This document shows positions 24,994 through 32,000 of a DNA stretch of 32,000 nucleotides, one piece after another. Each line of letters opens with the position of its first letter. Positions within the stretch are counted from its first letter, which is position 1. The position numbers and the translations under genes are program-made. The stretch is from Pyrodictium delaneyi. Its GTDB lineage: Archaea > Thermoproteota > Thermoprotei_A > Sulfolobales > Pyrodictiaceae. The stretch lies in assembly GCF_001412615.1 (NCBI RefSeq), contig NZ_CP013011.1, positions 900,001 through 932,000 on the forward strand, in the 5' to 3' direction. The notes below the pieces were generated by a model. The model was not told the DNA's origin, ran no database searches, and saw only the letters and a program-made list of their open reading frames with translations.

Positions 24994-27555
24994 TTAGAGC
25001 TTCTCTACTTTGACTACAAAATCGTGTTGAGCAGCTCTATAGCCCTCCTCAGGAACGACACTCTCTAATGGATCTCCTAGGAAGTTATTATTGACACCGT
25101 AGCCGCCACCGTTGCTGAACAGCTTTACCTTCACTGTGCCACCTGCAGTCTCTATGACTGCCTCTCCTGGTATAATGGCCTTGTCTACGGCTGTTGCATG
25201 AGGCGCTGCAAGTACGTATGGGTGGACAGCTTCGGTTACCCTAACCTTTGCTACTATCTCGCCATTGGGGCCCTTTAGCTTGACCATGTCACCGTCCTTT
25301 ATTCCAAGCTTCTTAGCCCTCGACGGATGCATCAATACACCATAGATGTGCTTCCACTCGAGAACGTCCTTTGTCAGCCTCGAGAACCTCATAAACGTGT
25401 TTATAGATGTTAGCGAGTCTTGGTACTCTACCACTACGAACTCGTTGTCTGCTAGCGTACCCTTCCTCATCCAGAGAGGCGGTACCCAGCAGGGTAGCGG
25501 GTTGAGCGGCGACTCCTTACCAATGTAGTCACGGTAGCTCTCAAGCATAGCCACGTTTATCAACTCGAGCTCGCCAGTTACAGTTGCTAATGGCTTGCCA
25601 CCCCACGGGTGATACTTGGGCTTAGTCCAGAGTAGCTTGTAGCCCTTCTCGCGGAGCTCGTTGTAGTCTAGACCTGCCTCCTCCGCCTGCTTCTTCTTGA
25701 CCTCGACGGGGTCTACCTTGACTCCCTGGTCTAGCTTACCTAGCCTCTTCGCAAGCTCTACGAGTATCCACCAGGTTGGCCTAGCATCTACACCCTCCGG
25801 CGGGTCTACCGCCTTCTGTGCATCAACCACTATGCTTACATAGCTCTTCTTGGCATAGCCTAGCGTTATCGACTCGGCCTCGAAGAAGAATGGCACCGGT
25901 AGCACTAGGTCAGCATACATCACTGTCTCGTTGAACGTGGTATCTAGGACCACTATGAACTCGACACGCTTCTCATCCTTCAACGCCTCTGCTAGCCGGC
26001 GGCCAGTGAGTGCATGAGCCACGAGGTTCTCTAGGTGTATGAATAGCACACCTATCGGGTAGGGTTTACCCTCTATGATAGACTTGACTAGGAGCTGGGA
26101 CCAGCACTTAGATACCACGTTTTCTACGCCATGTTTGCTCCAGTACTTGTATATCGCCTCGCCCTGTGTTTTGGTGGTCTCTATACCCAGTATGCTTATC
26201 GGCGACTTGAACTTAGGCTTGCCAGCAGGATAAGCGAGCCCGCCCTTAACGCCCACACTTCCAAGCAGCACGTTGACGAGCATCTTAGCCCTGCTAAACA
26301 TGCCCTCGTTGTAGTACCTTGTCGCCTTGTAGTTGTGGTCAATGAAGGTCCTAGGTGCTGCTCGGGCCATTTCGTGAGCTAGCCAGCGTATCTCCTCAGC
26401 CGGTACACCAGTGATCTTCTCAGCCCATTCTGGCGTGTACTCCTTAACGGCATCCTTCAGCACTAGTAACACTGTCTTGACCGGGCGTCTATTGTATTCG
26501 CCCTCGAACTCCAGCGCTGGCTTCTTAGCCTCCGTCTTTAGCTTAAAGCGCTGGTCGTATTCGTCGTAAACCAGGTACGTTTTCTTCTTCTCCATATACG
26601 GGTTGTCCTCAAGCTTTACCGGCTCGAGAGTGTCTACATAGAGGAGCATAGATGCATTAGTCCAGTTAATCAAGTAGTCCACGTTGTATAGACGCTCGTT
26701 TAGGATTACGTTAAGCAGCGCCAGGGCTATAGCAAGGTCTGTACCGGGAGGTATGATGTAGTATTTGTCTGCCAGCTCTGTCAACCGGCTCTCACGCACA
26801 TCGAACACAACTAACTTCATTTTGTTGGCACGACCCTCAGTGAATATCTTGGACCATGCTGAGGCTACTATGCCGCCCGCGGGGTTCCTGCCCATAAGCA
26901 CTACTAGATCGGCATTAGCGTAATCGGGCTGGAAGGCCGAGGGCCCCTTGGGGGAGCCGAATATGAACTTATGTCCTATATCCATTCCAGTGTGGCAAGT
27001 GTCACAGTGTTGTGTCGTATTCGGAGTACCTATCACCTTCTTGAAGAACTCACGTACTAGACCGCCCTCGAAGCCCTGGTGACTCACAGCCACAATACGC
27101 CAAGGCTCATCCATGTACTTCTTTATCCTCTCCGCCAGTATGTTGAACGCTTCCTCCCAGCTTATCTCCTTGAACTTGCCTTCGCCCCTCTTACCGACAC
27201 GGAGAAGTGGTTTACGTATACGCTCGGGCAGGAACCTTAGCTCCGGAATGGTCTGTGGGCGTCCACAGACCGCGAAGAACTGGTCGTACTCGGGGTCACG
27301 GTTGTAGACTACCTTGGATATTATCTCCTTACCACCAACCTTGGCCACATGTATCTCTACTGGACACTTCTGACCACAGATTATGCAAGCTGTCTTGGCT
27401 ATCCTCGTGGCTGTAAGAGACCCACTACTTTCTGCTCCTGCTATAACTGTCCTAGGCCTAGGTAGCGATAATGGGAGAGCAGTTGCAGCAGCTGTAGCAG
27501 CTGTAAGCTTTAACATCTCACGGCGTGTAATGCCCAACCCTAATTCCACCCTCAC
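24994..27555 (-). CDS. Molybdopterin (bis-MGD) oxidoreductase catalytic subunit with a Tat signal (polysulfide/thiosulfate/tetrathionate-reductase-like; substrate not determinable)
   Basis: 853 aa. The N-terminal twin-arginine signal is GITRREMLKLTAATAAATALP, and the N-terminal FeS Cys motif is CIICGQKCPVEIHV. Molybdopterin oxidoreductase and C-terminal dinucleotide-binding patterns are present. GTG start. Confidence 0.9.
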   Translation of the reverse strand: MRVELGLGITRREMLKLTAATAAATALPLSLPRPRTVIAGAESSGSLTATRIAKTACIICGQKCPVEIHVAKVGGKEIISKVVYNRDPEYDQFFAVCGRPQTIPELRFLPERIRKPLLRVGKRGEGKFKEISWEEAFNILAERIKKYMDEPWRIVAVSHQGFEGGLVREFFKKVIGTPNTTQHCDTCHTGMDIGHKFIFGSPKGPSAFQPDYANADLVVLMGRNPAGGIVASAWSKIFTEGRANKMKLVVFDVRESRLTELADKYYIIPPGTDLAIALALLNVILNERLYNVDYLINWTNASMLLYVDTLEPVKLEDNPYMEKKKTYLVYDEYDQRFKLKTEAKKPALEFEGEYNRRPVKTVLLVLKDAVKEYTPEWAEKITGVPAEEIRWLAHEMARAAPRTFIDHNYKATRYYNEGMFSRAKMLVNVLLGSVGVKGGLAYPAGKPKFKSPISILGIETTKTQGEAIYKYWSKHGVENVVSKCWSQLLVKSIIEGKPYPIGVLFIHLENLVAHALTGRRLAEALKDEKRVEFIVVLDTTFNETVMYADLVLPVPFFFEAESITLGYAKKSYVSIVVDAQKAVDPPEGVDARPTWWILVELAKRLGKLDQGVKVDPVEVKKKQAEEAGLDYNELREKGYKLLWTKPKYHPWGGKPLATVTGELELINVAMLESYRDYIGKESPLNPLPCWVPPLWMRKGTLADNEFVVVEYQDSLTSINTFMRFSRLTKDVLEWKHIYGVLMHPSRAKKLGIKDGDMVKLKGPNGEIVAKVRVTEAVHPYVLAAPHATAVDKAIIPGEAVIETAGGTVKVKLFSNGGGYGVNNNFLGDPLESVVPEEGYRAAQHDFVVKVEKL

Positions 27556-27571
27556 CAGTCCATGGCAAAAA

Positions 27572-27600
27572 TGTAATTATAAATTGAATATAAAGCTAAC
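27572..27600 (-). promoter_or_regulatory. Putative TATA box(es) for the oxidoreductase operon within a 155-nt AT-rich divergent intergenic region
   Basis: The minus strand reads AATTTATAATTA about 25 nt upstream of the GTG at 27555, and TTTATATTCAA a little further upstream. The spacing fits a leaderless or short-leader archaeal transcript. Confidence 0.4.
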
Positions 27601-27772
27601 TCCTTTTTATTGAATACAACCCACTAAAACATACTATATATATTAAACTATCGATTAAAAGAATACTCCATAATATCACTACAAACATATATCTCAATCA
27701 TCCGGAGCCTTGTCGTGCTACATAACATGCTATAGACCGGTGGTAACAGTAACAACACCGGGGAGATACCTG

Positions 27773-28210
27773 ATGGACAACTCGGAAAAACTTGCAAAAT
27801 TACTAGAAAAAGCCCTTAGACCTATAGTAGATGTGCTAGGTATAAGTATCGAGGATATAGAGAGCCTTGAAATAGATCCATATGGGCCACGCATAGTGCT
27901 AGAGGCTAAGCCTAGCAAGCATGGCGCGCGCAGCCTCTTCCTCGACGCCAGCCCCGACGGCGTCGAAACGGTAGTAACCCTAGAGGCGCCTAGAGGACTC
28001 GACAAGAACGAGCTCGAGGGAACACTAGCAGAACTCATAGAGGAGTCACCAGAGACACAGAGCGTAGAGGAATACGATGTATCCTACGACCCAGAGGAGG
28101 GCGAAGTCACTATAACACTGCATGCACGACTTCTCGCAGAACTACCGAGTATAAAAGAGGTCCACAAACTCCTCGAGGAGACGCTACAGCAGCTACGGGG
28201 CGAACCCTAA
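27773..28210 (+). CDS. Acidic hypothetical protein (145 aa from the ATG at 27773)
   Basis: The ORF track starts it at TTG 27710. However, the first 21 codons are Cys/Thr/Val-rich, and an ATG preceded by ggggag lies at 27773. The rest is Glu/Asp-rich and looks globular. Confidence 0.55.
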   Translation: MDNSEKLAKLLEKALRPIVDVLGISIEDIESLEIDPYGPRIVLEAKPSKHGARSLFLDASPDGVETVVTLEAPRGLDKNELEGTLAELIEESPETQSVEEYDVSYDPEEGEVTITLHARLLAELPSIKEVHKLLEETLQQLRGEP

Positions 28211-28272
28211 AAATAACCCCAGCCCGCAGCGTTATCCTTCGATAACGGAGCCCTCCCCTCGGGAGGGAGGGT

Positions 28273-28349
<77 letters not shown>

Positions 28350-28638
28350 CCCCCATTCTCTATCTCCACGCGCACTGGGTAGGGGTTACCATCTTTCATG
28401 GTTTCCGTGAATACGTATTGATACGCTTAATTACGAGTCCATGACTATATTCCTATCCGTGAACATATGTATTTGAGCTCTTTTCCAGTGCCTTGTTTGC
28501 CCTGGCTTTAGAGTCGATAGCCTGGTCTATCACGTAGCATGCTGAGATATCTGTCAATCCTTTATCCCTCGGCAAGCAGGTTGCGCGGTTCCTCGATTAC
28601 ATGTGCAATAGTGTTACCGGCTTTTACCGGAACCTAGC

Positions 28639-28932
28639 TTATAGGAGCGTAGTGGTATTTCTTCTAACAAGTTTCATGAATTTCTTTAGGCTCAGCTTGC
28701 TCGAGAGGTACCCGATTTCTCTATTGCATTCTTTGTAGAGTTTTCTCCGCAGCTCTCGTGGGACGTGGTGGCGTACCAGAGCTATGTGGAATGAGATGCG
28801 GAACCATGTTAGCAGTAGCTTGATTTTAATATAGAGGGGTACGAAGCTAAGTAGGGTCAATAATATCTTGGTCGTCAGCCTTACTAGCGAAAGATATGTC
28901 TTCAACTTGTTATTCATAGTTTTGTTCACCAT
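28639..28932 (-). CDS. Small basic hypothetical protein with one hydrophobic segment
   Basis: 97-aa ORF in AT-rich DNA. It overlaps the stop of the upstream wHTH gene by 23 nt, which suggests coupling. No motif recognised. Confidence 0.35.
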   Translation of the reverse strand: MVNKTMNNKLKTYLSLVRLTTKILLTLLSFVPLYIKIKLLLTWFRISFHIALVRHHVPRELRRKLYKECNREIGYLSSKLSLKKFMKLVRRNTTTLL

Positions 28933-29374
28933 CCTCTCTAATGCATATCGTGAGAGTATAGAGCGGCCTAGCAGTTGTGCCGATGTTTGCTACTATTCCG
29001 CGTTTTTCTAGGATTTGAAGACGTTTTCGTACTGTTGTACGCGATGCATGTCCTCTAAGCTTTCGGAGACGACGCGTAATCTCCGATATGGATAAGGGCT
29101 CGCAGTCCGCAAGAACCTCTACTATGCTACGCGAGACAGGGTCTTCTAGGCTACTAGTTACCGCTACAACACGTCGTGCAGCCTCTAGAGCCTCTATGGC
29201 TGGTAACGCTAGCGCTACTACTAACTGGCTAGCAATCCTCGCCGTTTCATCATTGTTTAAGGCTAGGATCCTCTCAAGCCTGGATATACGTTCTAACACC
29301 TTTTCTAGGAGTATCTCGAGCCTTTCAAGCCTCTCCTCAATATCTACTTTATGTGTATCCTTCTCGTTCAACAC
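28910..29374 (-). CDS. Winged-helix DNA-binding protein with an N-terminal coiled coil
   Basis: The C-terminal wHTH pattern is LSISEITRRLRKLRGHASRTTVRKRLQILEKRGIVA. The N-terminal heptad-like region is IEERLERLEILLEKVLERISRLERIL. Confidence 0.6.
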   Translation of the reverse strand: MLNEKDTHKVDIEERLERLEILLEKVLERISRLERILALNNDETARIASQLVVALALPAIEALEAARRVVAVTSSLEDPVSRSIVEVLADCEPLSISEITRRLRKLRGHASRTTVRKRLQILEKRGIVANIGTTARPLYTLTICIREDGEQNYE

Positions 29375-29561
29375 CGCATATCCTCACAGCTCCTCATTCA
29401 TCAAGGGCTTGAATGAACACAGCCCCACGACAGTAGGCCTCAAATCTAGTAGCAGTGCTAGACTGATTTTGTTTTGATAGCAGTTTTCGTATGCTTGTAA
29501 AATAAGTCTAGGACCATGTAGTCAAGCTAATTACGTACTAGTAATCCTTCTTGGGTGCTAG

Positions 29562-30119
29562 TTAACTTCCTCCTCCTTCTCTCCTTTCCCTCCTAGAGTC
29601 CTTCATCACTTCGACGATGCTTTTAAGTTGTCTTATAACTTCCTCTTTTTTCTCGTCAGGTATAGGAGCTTCCCTTATACGCTCTATAACCTCCTCTAGC
29701 TTGTCCTCTAGCGATTCAGAACTAACGTTCTCTATAGTGCCGGTCTTCCTCTCTCCAACTTTTCCTGATGTGATTATCGCACGTGGCCGCTTTACGAACC
29801 TACTAAATGTTTCAATAAGCTTAGACGGCGACGGAACACTGTCTAACCTCTTCCTAAAGTATTCTTCAGTTAGCTTCATAGCCTCTTCGGGTGGTATACC
29901 GCTCTCTACGAGTCTCTTGTAGAAGTTTCCTACGTCTTCTCCGAGCCTAGATCCATCAACACCACTTAAGACGGTCTCTAGCGACTCTCTTACCGTCTTG
30001 CTTAACTTGTCTAAAAACTCTGCTATAGCACCTAGTACTTGCCTAAGCTCTTCTACATCGTCTGCACGGGCAGTACTAGATGGTTCTTGCTTGTGTTCAC
30101 TCTTTGCATCCTCATTCAT
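29562..30119 (-). CDS. Hypothetical acidic, helical protein (185 aa)
   Basis: Clean ORF in the low-GC region. It is Glu/Lys-rich. No recognised motif. Confidence 0.5.
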   Translation of the reverse strand: MNEDAKSEHKQEPSSTARADDVEELRQVLGAIAEFLDKLSKTVRESLETVLSGVDGSRLGEDVGNFYKRLVESGIPPEEAMKLTEEYFRKRLDSVPSPSKLIETFSRFVKRPRAIITSGKVGERKTGTIENVSSESLEDKLEEVIERIREAPIPDEKKEEVIRQLKSIVEVMKDSRRERREGGGS

Positions 30120-30163
30120 GACTTGTATTCACCTCTTCCAATTGTTGCTTCCAGAGTATGACA

Positions 30164-31090
30164 TTATGTAGTGTCTACCCTATTGGATGTTTGGCGTTCA
30201 GAGTGGCCAGTAGACTGGCTAAGGGAGGATAGACGCTCGTAGACACGTTGCAGAATTGTTGCATGGTTCTCCTCGTCACGAATTATAGACTCAAGTATCG
30301 TCTCATATACGTCGATATCCTTCTTGCTCATTACTGTTCTAAGTGCTGGTATGAGTATTCTAGTATAGTCTTCCTCGCCAACATGTTCCTCAAGTGATGC
30401 CAGGAAGCGGAGAATATTGAATAATTCAGTTCTTCTGGGACATTCCTCGGAAAGCTTCCTATTCATCTTCTTGAGCTGCTCCATTAGTCCGCCAGGTTCG
30501 ACCGGGCACTTGTTCTCGTCCACGTCTATCCCAAGGTCTTTCGCAATGAAGCCAAAGATGTCTGCGTGCGTACTACTTTCACTAGCTATATAGGTGAAAG
30601 CGATGCTCGTAACGCCTCCAGCACAATCAGCGAGCCGCTTGTATATGTTAGATGTGAGTTCCTCGATGAGGATTGCACAGGATAGTGCTTCGCTGATTAC
30701 TGCGCTCATGTCTGCTGTTGTTTTTTCGGCTTCAGCCTCGAAGCCGAAAAGACCTAGCATTCTTAATATCTCTGCATCTTTGCCCTTTTCAGCCAGTTTC
30801 AATAATTGATTCGGGTCTATCCTTGATTTAGCTAGTGCTGCAAGCGGCTTAGATATTACCAGCTCGGCTACTAGGCGGCCGCGTTCATTTCCGTATAATT
30901 CAGTTAGCAGACGATATGCCTTAGAGGGAGACATCAATGAGAGATTAGCAAAGCTGATACCATACTTTCTTTTAGAGTGTAGATTTAATACAGCAGATAG
31001 CCCTGGCGCATGTCTACGGATTTCTCGCTGTATAGTTTCAACAAGCTCGTATTTATCCGGCCTATTGCTAGCTGAGTTACCGCTGTTCAT
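30164..31090 (-). CDS. Hypothetical protein with a possible ferritin-like four-helix-bundle C-terminal half
   Basis: 308-aa ORF. Spaced acidic/His motifs (LIEELTSNIY, ASESSTHADIF, SLEEHVGEE, RDEENHATIL) are reminiscent of diiron ferritin-like folds, but only the last is a strict ExxH. Confidence 0.5.
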   Translation of the reverse strand: MNSGNSASNRPDKYELVETIQREIRRHAPGLSAVLNLHSKRKYGISFANLSLMSPSKAYRLLTELYGNERGRLVAELVISKPLAALAKSRIDPNQLLKLAEKGKDAEILRMLGLFGFEAEAEKTTADMSAVISEALSCAILIEELTSNIYKRLADCAGGVTSIAFTYIASESSTHADIFGFIAKDLGIDVDENKCPVEPGGLMEQLKKMNRKLSEECPRRTELFNILRFLASLEEHVGEEDYTRILIPALRTVMSKKDIDVYETILESIIRDEENHATILQRVYERLSSLSQSTGHSERQTSNRVDTT

Positions 31091-31224
31091 CGCTGCTCAA
31101 TCCACGCATTATTATTATTCCCTGATCAGCCAGGGGCCCCAGCTGCTTAGTGACTCCCTACCCGGGGTAGCTGCTAATACCCTACGCAGCAGCAGCCTAA
31201 GACCTGAAGTACGGTGGGCTAGAC

Positions 31225-32000
31225 GTGGGGGCTCTAGGCTGCAGTCCCTCGACTAGACTCTACGGGCTTATCGGGAGCCCTATATCTCATAGCCTAAGCC
31301 CAGCAATACACTGCGCTGTATACCGTGCAGCCGGTATCGACGCTGTCTACCTGGCTTGGGACACCCCCCAGGAGAAGCTAGAGGAGCGGGTAAAAGCGCT
31401 CCGCAACCTAGCAGGAGGCTTCAACGTCACTATACCCCTCAAGGAGGCGGTACTGGGGCTCCTAGACAGCCTAGACGAGGCCGCCGAAGCGATAGGCGCT
31501 GTCAACACCGTCAGCGTTGAGGACGGGAGTCTAACCGGCTATAATACCGACTATCTAGGCGTAGCCGAGTGTCTGCGAGGCCACAGACCCCGGGTAGCCC
31601 TCATCGTGGGTGCTGGGGGCGCAGCCCGGGCCGCTGTCTACGCGCTACGGGACCTTGGCGCTGTGAAGGTGATTATCGCTAACCGTAGCCTTGGACGCGC
31701 GCAGAGGTTGGCAGAGTGGAGCAAGAGTCTGGGCCTCGACGCTCTCGCCGTCTCCCTAAGCGAGGCTGCAGGATGGGCATCAAGAGCAGACACAGTGGTC
31801 AACGCGACGCCATTGGGCAGCGAGGCCTGCTGCCCAGGCGAGGCTCCCCCAGTGCTGGATGGACTACACGAGGGCCAGGTGGTCTTTGACATGGTATACC
31901 GGCCGCTGGAAACGCTGCTTCTGAAGAGGGCCCGGGAGGCTGGAGCCAGGACCGTGGACGGGCTGTGCATGCTTGTATGGCAGGCCCTCTACGCGGACAA
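31225..32000 (+). CDS. aroE: Shikimate 5-dehydrogenase, 3' end outside the window (not in the ORF track because it has no stop)
   Basis: The frame is open from the stop at 31198-31200 to the window end, with GTG at 31225. The translation is ..LYGLIGSPISHSLSPAIH..FNVTIPLKEAV..AVNTV..GYNTDYLG..LIVGAGGAARA..NRS..VVNATPLG..VFDMVYRPLET.LL, the canonical AroE motif order. Confidence 0.85.
   Translation, partial: MGALGCSPSTRLYGLIGSPISHSLSPAIHCAVYRAAGIDAVYLAWDTPQEKLEERVKALRNLAGGFNVTIPLKEAVLGLLDSLDEAAEAIGAVNTVSVEDGSLTGYNTDYLGVAECLRGHRPRVALIVGAGGAARAAVYALRDLGAVKVIIANRSLGRAQRLAEWSKSLGLDALAVSLSEAAGWASRADTVVNATPLGSEACCPGEAPPVLDGLHEGQVVFDMVYRPLETLLLKRAREAGARTVDGLCMLVWQALYAD

Noticed and set aside
31108-31119. 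(ATT)4 microsatellite just upstream of the 308-aa gene start.
   Set aside because: With four units in AT-rich promoter DNA, it is too short to be meaningful.

Overview
The window looks like chromosome from a hyperthermophilic crenarchaeon (Desulfurococcales-like). The evidence is archaeal tRNAs with encoded CCA, tightly packed genes, and G+C that varies from about 40% to 65%. Housekeeping genes occupy the flanks and the middle. They are hydantoinase/oxoprolinase A (C-terminus) and B, bifunctional PGI/PMI, tRNA-Ile(GAU), QueC, a Thg1-like protein, a class I aminotransferase, a Tat-exported molybdopterin oxidoreductase operon (catalytic, 4Fe-4S and NrfD-type membrane subunits), tRNA-Ala(UGC), and a 5' partial aroE that the ORF track misses. 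The most unusual content is a low-GC eight-gene island at about 4.5-12.2 kb. It encodes a vWA protein, a protein-kinase-like protein, a PP2C-like phosphatase, two Roadblock/LC7 proteins (one fused to zinc ribbons and a membrane anchor), two proteins that share an SRPBCC-like module (one fused to a degenerate flavodiiron-type MBL domain), and two uncharacterised two-domain proteins. No GTPase or FHA partner is present. Other points of interest are an orphan nucleotidyltransferase and an orphan HicB-like gene, an ABC-class ATPase gene bracketed by inverted copies of a ~33-nt C/T-rich element, a ~400-nt GC-rich non-coding region dense in helices that I could not assign to an RNA class, and a low-GC gene set without an integrase directly downstream of tRNA-Ala. 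All domain calls come from reading motifs by eye. No searches were run.
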